From Botryllus schlosseri (taxonomy: Eukaryota): 64,000 nucleotides of DNA. The translations under genes and the position numbers were made by a program. Shown one piece after another: positions 1 to 12,300 of this stretch (position 1 is its first letter; every line of letters starts with the position of its first letter). The notes beneath the pieces are model-generated. The model worked only from the letters and a program-made list of their open reading frames with translations, ran no database searches and was not told the DNA's origin. The stretch is from contig CM119386.1 of the NCBI GenBank assembly GCA_051294905.1, forward strand, positions 7,688,001-7,752,000, in the 5' to 3' direction.

Positions 1-59
1 ATCTGGAAAATATTCAACTGAATTAAGTAGTGTTAGTGTTGCTTAACTCGGGTATTTCT

Positions 60-760
60 CATCTGATAGTTTGAGCGGTGCATGTTCTTTTGAATCTTCA
101 ATACTTGCTCATTCTCATGATATTATGTATTTCTCATCTACTGTACATAGGCCTACTTTTTAAACTTTAATGTAACTTAATTGATTGATTTTGATTTGAT
201 TGACAGCTGTCGTTTTTGCGCATTGCTGTGCTTTTTCAATTCACTGCTGTTTTCATTGTATCACCATTTCGTGTTGTCTCTTCATTATCAGAACTTAAGA
301 ATTGTTTTGATAACCTCATCAACTAGAGTGCAGTAGTGCATCTTTCGTTTTCGTTCTCGTTAATTTGATGGCGTTCAAGCTGTTTGGACCTGCCTCTTTT
401 TTAAATCTTGCACACTTGACCATTTTGTGTTATTTCTTTGTATTTCTGACAATGTAAATACTTTCTCAACTTCATTGATTGATTTTGCCTTGATTGACAA
501 CAGTCGTTTTTCCTTAGTGCTGTAGTTTTTGAATTAGCTGCTATTTTTATTGGATCACTTCGTATTGTCACTTGCTTTTCAAAACTTTATTTTAACCTCG
601 TGCATTTCTCATCTATGTGCATATGTGTAGTGTGCAGCGATGCTTGCCTGGTTTTCATTCTCATTGACCAACTTTCTTCATTTTGATTGATTGATTGATT
701 TTGACTGGATTGATGATATTGTCAATGACTGCGTGGTGTTACAGTTAGCGTCCTGCTGTT
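60..760. repeat. Degenerate tandem duplication, period ~295 bp
   Basis: TTGATTGATTTTG..TTGATTGACA..GTCGTTTT..TGCTGT block recurs at ~180-300 and ~475-590, with a partial third TTGATTGATTGATTTTGAC at ~683-710. Confidence 0.5.
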
Positions 761-1064
761 CTGATGTTAATATAAGTTGCGGAAACAGAAAATCAATCGT
801 GTAAGTTGGTGCGTTTCGATCCTGGTGATGGTAGGGGTAGCTGGAACAGGGGCTCACTGCCAGGTATGTCTTGCCAGTGTCAGATTAGGTCGCTTTGATG
901 ATTTGGTTTGTCCCAACTTTCTCCCTCCTCTGGCCCAGGAACGATTTAACGGACGGTCACTGACCGGTCAGTGGACGTCAGGGGGACTCAACAGCTCCAG
1001 TCCAAGTGTACACTGTACAGTGTAGGGGACAGGTCTGAGACTTTTGGTGATACGTCCATGGGCT

Positions 1065-1360
1065 ATCTGTGGACCATCAAATGTTTGCTGGAATGCGTTT
1101 TCTTGTATTCCGTCCGCTGATCATATGGTAGTTGTTCTTTGTTGACGTTCGTGTGCTGTACTTGTGCGCTTTTGACTCCGAGGTGAAGTAGTCGTTGAAA
1201 TTTGAGGGACATTGACCGCAATGGAACTGATACATAAATTTGGCACTTCTAGCTTCCTCACATCTTCTATGTTTAAGACACCAAATCTTCTGAGTGTTTG
1301 CAGTCGGTCGATCATATTTTTGCAGGCAGCACCCCAACAAAGAATTCCGTCTTGTAACCC
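1065..1360 (-). mobile_element. L2/Crack-type LINE ORF2 C-terminal fragment (decayed, internally deleted)
   Basis: Minus-strand translation across a frameshift gives LQDGILCWGAACKNMIDRLQTL..LNIEDVRKLEV(A)KFMYQFHCGQCP..SKAHKYSTR. This resembles the conserved region after the RT domain of L2/Crack/Daphne LINEs. Paralogous to 16029..16330. Confidence 0.85.
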
Positions 1361-1984
1361 CCCGAGATAGTCAAGGGTTCCTTGGAGGCCAAGACACTAC
1401 CTCAACTAATGATTTGTGACTGCTGTAGTGTGGTGCGTCACGTGCAGTAGTGTATGCGTGTATGTGTGTATATTTTAAGCATCAGTAATCTACAGTAATG
1501 TATTAGGCGTGTATTGTGGTCCATTTTTCTTTTTATGAATCTGTGAAAATTTGGGGTTCCGCGAAGGCTTGCAGCTGATCGTAAGTGTTCGTGGGGATAG
1601 TAATAAAGAACCACTCATTCTGAACGTTACTGTTAAACCGCACAAATGCACCTTGGAAGATTTGAAAATATTATTCCGGTTCAACAAAACGACTTGAATA
1701 CGAAATATTTGGACATAAAGCGTAAATAGCCGAAGTTTTTCTTGGTGTTATTCGCACCAGCTGCTCACTATATCCGTACGGATTATTTGTTTTGTGCGGA
1801 TGAGTCACAAGCCAATCTCATTTTTTTAAAGTTTTGACTCGAGTCATCTTCAATTCACTACCCAGTCAAGTCCGAGTCCAAGTCGTCGAGCAGAGGGTCG
1901 AGTTCGACTGATTGTCAGTGCACTCGGACATCGTGTCTGGTTTCCACTTTTGTTGTCCAGGTTTGGAATGACCCCACTACATGT

Positions 1985-2115
1985 AGTCTGAACATACCCA
2001 GACATATGGTGTTCGACTGGCGCAACACAGCCCGAGCATACCCCAAATATGTTGTGCAAGTGACATAACACAGTCTGAACATACCCCAGACATTGTGTCC
2101 GAGTAACAACACAGT
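1985..2115. repeat. Minisatellite, ~41-45 bp unit x3
   Basis: Units GTCTGAACATACCCCAGACAT...AACACA, GCCCGAGCATACCCCAAATAT...AACACA, GTCTGAACATACCCCAGACAT...AACACA. Confidence 0.8.
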
Positions 2116-3932
2116 GTACTTGTACAGTGTACACATACCGCAGTCCTGGTCCGAACATAATGCTGTCCGCTTGCATACAATATCTGTTTTACACAGCGAC
2201 CAGCAATCGAAAGCCCTCTCAGGGTCCTCAACTGTGACTTACCAATTGAAATCTATCATATCATCTACCCGTAGGTTAGTAATCCGTCAGACCTGTACTG
2301 GCGGTCACTTACAGCGCTCTGTCGCCTCTACCGAGCAGTGGCACCTAATGCGATCGGAATATCATAAAACAACGTACTTCGCTGAGAGGTACCAACAATC
2401 TAGGATAGAATTGCATCAGATGATACGCATTGCCAAAGCAAGCGCGACAAAAATGTTAAAGTAGAAGTAGTTAACGTAATTAGGTCAAATCGGTGTTTAT
2501 ATATAAACTAGCAATACTACCATTTACGGGAGCTCGTACTGCCATTCGAATTGTGACTGCTTCAAATTGAACCCATAAATCAGTGCTTTTAAACCTTTTT
2601 TAACACGATCCGCAATTTTTTGCAGCATAAAGTTCATCCGTCCAAGCCAACCGAAAATTGTTTCATAAAAAAAAATTAATGGACCTAACAAATTTTTGTT
2701 TACGTGTGCAACAAGTAAGCTACCAGCTTACGTCATCAAGTGGCACCTGAAAAAGACAACTCTTTTCTATCGTCTTGATTTCAACTATAGTGCAATACAG
2801 CCATTTTCAGCGAATAAGTTGTTGGGTGCTGTGCGAGAACTTGGATGGCCAGGTCTTTATAAGAATAAATACAGGGTATTTTCCGCGAGTGAAAAATCCT
2901 TGCTGGCAGATGTAGTTTGTAAGAGTATGACACAAAGGTCCCGGAGAGTCCAGTTCATCGATGGAGTACAGAATCCACATCTTTGTTTTAGTGCTTCTGC
3001 CTGGTAGCTTGGAAAATAAACTTCAAAACTGTCAAGGAGGGTGGGCACATGAGATCTCGCCACCTCATGACACCCTGCTCCAGTGTATGTTCTGTTTTTT
3101 CTTCATTTTCAGACTCACGAGTTGAGCGCAACGCAGCTCTTTGAAACATGTCCGACACACGCGATTTCAAATTGGGGTGCATGATTTTCCTCGTCGGGTC
3201 GCATATCTAACTACTCCATCTGTAGCATTACTATCTACTCAGATTGCAAGGACAGGACTATTCGGTGCCGACCATTTCGACGACGGGACATATCAATATA
3301 GACGGATTTGAATCCAATGTCGGACAAATATTATCACATGAATTCAAACCATTTTGTCTAATACAAAAGTTGACGCATTTGCATAATCAACCATGTTGTA
3401 TAGTAACGACTTTTTGTGTTTCTCGCTTATTGGCTATAGCACCCAACACAACGACCTTGTGCATTTACAAACTGTCTACAGGTAATCGCGCGAAGTGCGA
3501 AGAAATTTTTTTGTTGCAAGAAATTCAACAAATATTACATACATAATCAAAGATCGCTCTGGTGCCGTGCCGTCCCGACCCATACTTTAACACCCCCGCC
3601 TTACAGGGATAAAAATTTGCATCACAGAGTCACAGTAACTTGTTTGTCACAAATTGTCTGTAATGATGGTACTTACTACTATCTTCATGCCTCGTTCCAT
3701 CCGACCCGTTACTAAGGAAGTATGAAAATTGTTGAAAGAAAGAAAGAAAGTCGTTTTCCCCACGTGTCGCAGGTTCAGACTTGCTGATTCGGTGTCCTGT
3801 ACGCCTGCCACTACACCTGCTTTCGGAATAGACATTTGATTACGTAATAATAACAGTGCGACTGGTGCGAGACAAAATTATTGTAAAAGCGGCGATTACT
3901 GGTGACTGGTGAGTCGTAAATAAGTTTTTATT

Positions 3933-4070
3933 AACACGTCGCAGCGACGACGGCTATTGGGTGAAACCGAGGCCTACGATAACTTATCATCGTAGGCCCC
4001 AAACACGTCGCAGCGACGACGGCTATTGGGTGAAACCGAGGCCTACGATAACTTATCATCGTAGGCCCCA
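3933..4070. repeat. Perfect 69-bp tandem duplication containing a 10-bp-stem hairpin
   Basis: 3933-4001 equals 4002-4070; each unit has GGCCTACGAT-8nt-ATCGTAGGCC and CGTCGC-A-GCGACG. Confidence 0.95.
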
Positions 4071-5157
4071 GTGTCACAGTACTTGAATTTTCTATTAAGT
4101 ATATTTGAAGTTGTCCATGTCAGAAAAAGTAACAAACATGTACGATTTTCATCCGCACTCATCCGCAACACATTTGTCATCCGCACTGCAATTCTTTTCG
4201 TCCGTGCTAGTGCGTATTATCCCACAGGTAGAAAAGCACTGCGTTAAATGATGAATTTGTAGGATGACCATTGACCCTTCGATCCATCGACGTGCATTTG
4301 TGCTTGCCATAGTCATTGACTATAGTCAATTTTAATTAAAATTGCATTGTAAAAGTGCCGCAGTGTTGTCTATCTTTATCACGAACAAGTATACGGCGTC
4401 AACCAACTTCGTAATAGTAGACGTCAGAGATTTTCGTCCGATCAATATGTACAATGCGATATACACAAGATGACAAGTGATGTAATGAACATGCAGACAG
4501 GAGGATGCCTGTTATGTTCGTGCATTTTGCGTTGGTATCGTTTGTTTCTTATTTATCTATGATTAGTAATTACCGCCAATCATTATTTCCTCGTGTGTCG
4601 AGCTTCGTATTTATACCACGTGTTCTGTTGTCTACCGGTCTTTCGTTTAACTGCACTCTGGATCGTGTCGCCTGTCTTAAGTTATTCTGCTGTGTAAGAT
4701 ACTGATTTCGTATTGCAACCTCGTCGTATTGAGTTATAGATCAAACAAGATCAAGAACATAACAATGCCGAAACGATTGGTTTCGCTCTTACGATTTGGC
4801 ATCCACCTCGAATGCCCGATGTAACATTCCTTCGATCTTGATCTTTTCGCGTCCGTCATTTCTTAGACAGCTATTCTTTTCCTTTTTTTCATTCGATTCA
4901 TTGTTTCCGTCCTTCGTCGGGTCTTCCTCTGGGCTTTTTTACGCGGTGAGAACGGCTACACAGAGGGAGAGGAGCCCAGTGACGCATCGGCTATCGGTGT
5001 GAAATGAGCCCGAGCCACCTGCATTGTTTCGAATCATGAAGGCAAATATATATTTTTTAATTAACCGTCACTTTCTCATTACCTCACATCAATACATTCA
5101 CTGAGCAGCATTCATCAACTATGTAATTTAGAAATAAAATTAAAACACGCTGTAGAG

Positions 5158-6771
5158 CAGTGGTTCTTAACCTTGCCCCCAGCGCCCCCTAAGGGGCGCT
5201 GGCGATTTTGAAGGGGGCGGAAACGCCCAGGGGGCGATATGGGGGGCGCTGGGCTCAGGGGGGCGGTATGGGGGGCGCTGGAGAAAAATGGCTTCGCAGT
5301 AGATGATGTGGTGGTAGGACATATCCTTAATGAGTATTCAGAGCAAATTAACACCGAAAACTTCATTATATATAGCCTTCAAAATACATATAGGTTTAAT
5401 TGTCCATGGGCGCCTAAATGACTGGCACCGAATGTTCCTGTCTTGGCAATCTGAACCCCAGAAGACGAATTCCATCTGGCAGGGAAAAACTATATGCCAG
5501 TGAAGAAATACCAATTTGAAATCGTGTGCGTCTTTTAGTTTAGTACGATTTGGCGACAGGGATATTCCCGTTGGGCGATATCCCTGTGGGACGAATCTTT
5601 ATTTTTTGATATAGCAGAGAGGAGGTCATAAAATAACATCGTGCAACGAAGTCATACCAACGGGTTCGCCCGCCCGAATATGTTTAATTGTTAGTTACGG
5701 GCCCTACAGTTTCCAAGACACCTCACAATGTTCGCTTTAAGTTTTGATGAGTCTGCGCACACTCAACAACTCACTGCGCTGACCCTTGGACAACAGTGCG
5801 TAACGACTAAAAAAAGGTCATAACTTCGGATTTGTTGTGCGCAACGTAGATTTTCTGTGCGCAGAGACCGTGTCAGCACTGCGCACGTGCGCAGCTTAGA
5901 GGGAACATTGCACCTCAAGTCATTTTTGGAGAGCCCTAGTATACGCCCGAAGATGTATAATTATTATTGAGGGGTCCTACCTTTTCAATCACACATCACT
6001 CAGCTTTACCGGTAAATCTGTTTACGTGAGCAGAGATAGGATAAAAATTGATCTCAATATACATGCAATCCCCGATCATATTGACCAATTCAATCATTAA
6101 TTAGTGAAATTTTTCGCGCGTCTAGGCGGGAATAACTGCCTCAGTAAGTGGACGCCCAATGTAGATGACTACTATCAGCAAATAGCGGACAGCCGAATAG
6201 GGGTCTGGGGGCGAAGCCCCCCGGAAGTTTGGTTTGTCACCCGAGACCCGAGGGCCCAAGACCAACGTTTTTTGTTTGGGGGGGGGGCTGACGAAGTGCT
6301 GTTACGGTCCTGGTAACGAATTAATTGTACCTACGGGCACGCCCGAATATGTTTAATTATTAATTACGTGCCCCTTATTTTCCTATACAACAGCTCACTC
6401 AACGCTACTGGTAAATCTGATTACGTGGGCTGAGAGGATAAAAAGTTTATAGCGACTTATATATGTAATTACCGCCTATCCATTCATGCATTATTGAAAA
6501 TTTTGGTACCTAGGGCGACCAGGCCACGCAAACTTTGCTGACCATCGAAATCACGCTATGAGGTTCTTGGGGGCGAAGCCCTCAGAAGTTTGGTTTATCA
6601 CGCTATGGGTGCGCAAGTCAATCGTTTTTAGGGGGGTTGACGAAGTGCTGTTACGGCCCTCCCTCTTACTCATTGTCTTTATTACATTCCTTACAATATG
6701 AGGTTGGGGGGCGCTGGAGCACGTTAATTTTTGAAAGGGGGCGCTGGAGGAAAAAAGGTTAAGAACCACTG
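5158..6771. mobile_element. Non-autonomous hAT (Charlie/Buster-like) element, composite
   Basis: TIR CAGTGGTTCTTAACCTT / AAGGTTAAGAACCACTG; perfect 8-bp TSD CTGTAGAG (5150-5157, 6772-6779); no transposase ORF. Confidence 0.9.
5726..5910. mobile_element. Small MITE nested in the 5158..6771 element
   Basis: TIR CAATGTTCGCTTTAAG / CTTAGAGGGAACATTG (14/16); flanking duplication CACCTCA (5719-5725, 5911-5917); internal TGCGCAC motifs. Confidence 0.8.
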
Positions 6772-6789
6772 CTGTAGAGTATAGCTAAA

Positions 6790-6863
6790 AATTTTCACTC
6801 TGCCCGCCAACGCATTTTTCACTTCTCATTTGGCCCGCGAAGGAAAATAATTGCCCACCTCTG
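6790..6863. mobile_element. Solo right end of a Charlie-like MITE
   Basis: Ends ...TGGCCCGCG...TTGCCCACCTCTG, resembling the ends of 45566..46292; no matching left end seen. Confidence 0.45.
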
Positions 6864-7744
6864 ATATAGACACTCTCCCACCGGAGTCTTCAAAGCAAGA
6901 TAGCATGATACAATTCGAAAATCGCCACAAGTGTCATTCTGATTTCATCTGTACATTGTCGCGACAAAGGATGCTTTCAGATATTGACTTGAGAAAGATA
7001 TTTTACTTCATTGTGTCTGCCTTTTTCCTCTTTCTGGTCGCCGATCTCACCGTGGAAAGTCTTTTATTTGCGAATTATATTGCCATCGTTTTAATGAGGC
7101 TATCTCAATGATGTTAACTAATCAACTTCATAATTTATTTTATTTTTCATTAATTAGCAATGTTTTCATCGAAATTTACCACAGACCCTTCTCGAGATGA
7201 AAAGACCTGATAAAAGCATCAATCTCCCTCCCTTCAAGCATGCTTGGAACAGGATGTTTGGTCAATTGTCGTGGTTATAATTGAAATTTCAAATTGGAAT
7301 TGTTTCTCTGCTACATGTTGGAATCGGGTCAAATTTGGCGTGTAGAAGCATTGTGACGTCGTAAAGCATACTGATTTTTGAAAATGATGCTTGCCATATA
7401 TCACGTTTTTTTAGTCGCGTTACATATGAAATATCTCGCCTCCGTCGATGCTGCGTGCTTTAAGACCAGTCGGCCTCCATGACAAAGTCACCAATTACAT
7501 TCATTATGATTAAGATTGAGGAAGTATGGGCTACTTCTTATTGAAATTCAAATAGTTCATACTACACTGGCTGTGGACAGCAAATAATACGTAAAATGTT
7601 GGCGTCGTCTAAACACATTTTTACATACAATGCAATTAATACGCGGAGCGCCAATAGTGCATTGTATCGTGATCCAATGGTCCGCAACAAAGTCGATTTC
7701 CAACTCTGACTGAGATTTTCACATCTGGCCAGATTTAGTATCAT

Positions 7745-7835
7745 CATCAGTTTATTAATATTTTCATCATTTCAAAACACCACAAAACTGCGATACAATG
7801 AAAAGATATGAAGGTGTCGAGACGACTTGGAGACT
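7745..7835 (-). mobile_element. LINE 3' UTR fragment
   Basis: CACCACAAAACTGCGATACAATGAAAAGA..GTGTCGAGACGAC is the reverse complement of the 3' UTR at ~16480-16535. Confidence 0.6.
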
Positions 7836-8045
7836 GACAATTGTAAGATTAACGATTCCAGTGATGGTAATCCCGGACGGTTGACATCTGGAATAATGTC
7901 ACAGGCATGTGGATTCAGAAGGTCAACCGATAGATCACTAAATTCACAGGGTGTAGTCGAACGTGCTGATTACTAATTTGACGACCAACTTACCCGGGTG
8001 CCCTGCCCAAGCTCTCTCTGAGCGACCCTGAGGAGCTCATATAAA

Positions 8046-8863
8046 TAGGGATGGTGTGAACGCGAACATTTTTGAAAGGTTCTGTGTGAACGCGAACGTG
8101 AACCTCATGGCGTCACGTGACGTTATATTGCTAATTCCAACCCTATATATTTCAGTGAAGTGATAGCCTATATATATATATATACGACTCGGGCCACATA
8201 ACGCCACAATTTCGACGAGGAGTTGCTAGAGAATATAAGCTTACGCCGTAACGGTCTGGGCCAGACGGGACAGTGTATTCGGCGTCTGAGTATTGCTATA
8301 CGCTGATATTAAGCAAAGTGTAAAACAGGTTTCTGTACTTGCTACCGATATCAGGCCTACCCCATTAGCAAGTTATACAACAGTAGCCAACACCCAATCG
8401 CACGGATTTGGTTTTTATGATGCAGTAAACATATGAAGTCAAGATTGACCCCGTACGCCTGCTAGATTTTTCCACATCAGACAACGATATCAATCTCATT
8501 GATTGGTTGATTAAGCATCATCCGCTGACTATATGTATTGTATTTTGCTCTTGATTATGTGTGATTGCGGGTTAAGCTCGTAGCAGAGAGTCACTAAATA
8601 TTCACAGATGGAACGCTGGATATTTCGAGGAAAATTTTGTAACAAAACAAGTAAAATTTTTGAACTTGACAAGGTGCATGCCCGTTTAGTGTTGATTTTT
8701 TATGCTGCCAGCGCCATGCACACTGCACAGAGTGGTCCGCAGTATAAATGCAATAAATTTTCCCCAAATATGTTATAGTGAAGTGAAAATAGTAATATCA
8801 TCATATGAAAAAGGTTCACGGTGCAGAGTCTACCAAGGTTCGTTTGTGAACGTGAACCTCACG
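8046..8863. mobile_element. hAT-type MITE family B (TAGGGATGGTGTGAAC end), one end truncated
   Basis: Begins TAGGGATGGTGTGAAC; collinear in reverse with 27550..28963; homology stops at GTGAACCTCACG ~8863 before the terminal repeat. Confidence 0.8.
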
Positions 8864-9087
8864 CGACGGTCTGGCTTAACAATTTTGTATCGAATTGTTG
8901 TGGGGTTTTGAAATTATGAAATTATAAATGTACCGAACTGAACTTCTTGTATTCTAGATCGGAAATTGTCAATTCATTGTTGGTTAAATTTAGTTTTCAA
9001 TAGTGGGCGACCATGAGCAATATTCGAACTACGTTATAATGCGCTAGGACTAGATTCAAGAACGAAGAAGCTGTATGTGGGTTGCGA

Positions 9088-9345
9088 TTTGTTTGTTTGT
9101 GGTATTCATGGCGTTAGTCGACTATAATGGTCAACGCCAACGGTCATTTACACCAGGCTGACATTATTCATTTTTCATTCCGTATCTGCCGACTTGTAGC
9201 ACGACTTACTTCTAGCCTTCTTGTAAGACACCGCGTACGCGGATCACATGGCGAAGAGGAGTCTAGATTCTGCAGTCGGCCTCGTTCGGATCAAGCCCGC
9301 AACCCATTGGTGTTGCAGCTGTGGATTATACCAATACGCTAGCGG
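9088..9345 (-). mobile_element. tRNA-derived SINE, copy 1
   Basis: Homologous to 19910..20185 and 34090..34455; tRNA-like head with degenerate B box; (ACAA)n-like tail. Confidence 0.85.
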
Positions 9346-12300
9346 TTAGAGATTATTTATTTCTCTTCACGTAGGAATATCATACGTTACCAATGAAGAA
9401 CAACACAATCGGAATCATATGGATACGATACGTCGCGAGTGATCATTTGACCTTAACAATGTGCGCCATACATTCCCGACACATTTCCCCCGGACATGAT
9501 TAGAATCCATGTCACGATAGTTGATTTGCTGATCATCATACTCGTTTCGTCTATGTATGGAGCCAGCATCCCATTTGGATTTCTCAATATGATGCACTGA
9601 TGCACCTCGAACGATAGAATGCACTTTGTAATTCATTCGGTGGATGCCGCACTGGTGCACGCACCATTGGTGAATTGTCGTATTGCAGATTGACTGGATT
9701 CTAGTTCCGCTATAGTTCAATACAACATTCAAGATAGCTCATGAAACTGAAGATTTATAAAAATGTACGTCCGCTTCCATTGCATTGTGTGATTTTTAGC
9801 AATATTTCTTGAAGTTAGAGTTCGGCGGGATTAGATTTAATATGCGCTTTTTTATGGATCATGAAAATAAATAAAAAGGGCGCAAAACTGTTTAATCATG
9901 CATACTATATCAGCAACGTAGCTTCGTGTCTAATTATTGAGATTATCACTGCCCTAATACCCATGCAAGTATGTAACATGTGAACAACAAACCAGATGAG
10001 CAGACATGCACAAAATCCAGCTCAGCTGCCTTCCCATATCCCATCGTATTATGAAATTAGTATTCAGCTGTCAGAAGTCACCGCAATATGGCTCTGGTTT
10101 CTCATTCAGCCAGATTCCCAAGTCATTTGGGATTTCCGCTTCGCCGTGAGCGTTTTCTTCTCCCATAGAAAGGTCATAATTGGTTACTTTACCGAGGTAA
10201 CCGAGCCATACCGATCAGAGCAGCACGCTTCAGATCCACGATCTGGAAGGATTGGCATTTAGGTCATTCGCCGATACGCGTTTGCCAACGGACAATTCAA
10301 TAATAAGAATCCAGAATAAGCCGTCAATGTTGGTATACCGGGACCCGCTGTCCCTCCAGCCGACAAATATTTTGAACCGTCACTCCGGATTATGAAATCA
10401 CCACAAAATGAAATATAAATCATTCTTAATCGACAGTATTTTGTCGTAATTGTCTCGCATTCTTATACGTAGGTAGCCAGTAAGTCACTACCAGTCGTAT
10501 AACTGCTCATGATGATTTTCCATGGAAAATGCGATAAGGATTGTTATCCGTACCATGTACGAACTGTCTGTTTGATTCAGTCATCGTGCAACAACCAAAA
10601 GGAACGGAGTTTTGTTACAGAAATAGACCCGCGCCGTCAGCAAACATCTTATGGGTTAAAAGGCCAGATGTACGGTTTTTCAAAAGCAGCTGTTGTAATT
10701 GGGGTCTGTTTTTCCTGTCGATACATATTTTCTGCGACGAGACACACGAACCGCGCCGCGACCTCAATATTACCGATCAAAAGATACGAAAGTCTGTGGT
10801 TCGGCTGTTATTTGCATTGATTCTTCTGTCTTACATCGCTACGTTTTATTTGGAATGGAACGCGAGCCTTGCAATTCAGTATTAGTAATAGCGTTTCCGC
10901 CATGTTTAATCATCTCGGTTTTGGATGTGTTGCGGTGGTACGTCCCGGCGATAGTTTGGATTTAGTAGGAAGGAAAACCACCGACATCACACAACACAGT
11001 TCGTCAGCCAGCAATACTGGGTATCTCTCAAACTCGTCTTATAGCAGAAATCGAAGGACAACGTTTGAGACAGACCATCACTATCACACATACTCTCGCG
11101 CAGAAAAGGCAAAACGCCGCATGCCTGACGAATACATGATCTGAAAAGGTTAGGCACCGTCGCAATCCATATCGCGTCAATTTTATGGCCGGCTAACGAG
11201 TTCAAATCTTTGAAGTGCATGGAGGCGTGTTTGCCTATGGTTAAAACTGATTTCAATGCGCCAAGAAGCATCGTCTTGAAAAGTCAGGCGGGTTCGTGTA
11301 AACGTGATGCCGCGAATGAACCCATGCGAACTCGAATGTCAAGCGTACGCTTTAACATAGCATGGCTCATATGTTTTAGGCTTACGGCGCGCTAATTTTA
11401 AATTCACGCAGTTGGTTTTTCCTTGAGATCAATACTTCTGCAATAATTTCTTTATAAGCTCTTTATATGCATGACGGAACTTTCCTTAGATTATTTGGTG
11501 ATTCATCTCGAAAAAAGACTCCCCCTTGCTCATTCGTATTAAATTTATCACCTTCATTGCTTCATAGCCCGGTGTAGAACCTTGGCATTTTATGGACTGC
11601 GCTGTGGAGTTTACGGAACAACAGTGGATATGTGATGGCATCATAGTGAAACAGACTCATGTATTACCATATCATACCGATTGGGCATCGCAGATGTCTC
11701 CAAATACGCCTTTAAACTCTGCTGTTATTCAATATCTACTATATTCTTAGTTCAGTGGTCAGCTGCGAAGAATTTGATAATTCGCCGAATCGCGGTTGCT
11801 ATATTTTACTTCCAAGTGTCACCCGAGGGCGAATGAAACACTAGAAGGCTAACATACCGACAGCGTCTGATTGAAATGCTAAAGCCACGAAAAGATGTAG
11901 CCCACATCCACATCATTCTATTGTTCGACTCTGCGCTGGCTTTGTTTGACCTCACGGATGTTGTTTCCTGCCAGACTGCGTGTAAACAAAGAAGTAAGAC
12001 ACCAGGATAGCCGTGTTGGATGATGGGATAGAAAAGTTATTTATACTATAGTTAAGAATTTTGTACATTGATACCATGTGGTTTGCCGAATGACAATGAT
12101 AACACTTGAGCTTGATTGCATAATTTACTTTACTAGTTCAATTCTACGAGTTCGGAGAAAGTTACTTTATAAGTCGCATTGTAATGAATTGATGAGAACT
12201 CGGCTCAGTGCCCATGGTCAGTGGTCACCTAACAGTTACTATTTTCTACTAATGCACTAAGCGTGAACTGCCAACTGTGGCTGAAACACGAGATACTTGA

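Noticed and set aside
3935-3960. CACGTCGCAGC resembles the L3/P3 region of the CPEB3 HDV-like ribozyme
   Set aside because: The required 5' P3 strand (GCG) and P1/P2 pairings are absent in both copies
3933-4070. Direct repeats as a CRISPR-like array
   Set aside because: Abutting duplication with no spacer, eukaryotic context, no cas genes
4918-4940. KKPRGRP AT-hook-like peptide on the minus strand
   Set aside because: A stop follows within a few codons and there are no supporting splice sites
5115-5421. Overlapping ORFs on both strands
   Set aside because: Arise from the GC-rich GGGGGCG subterminal repeats of a MITE
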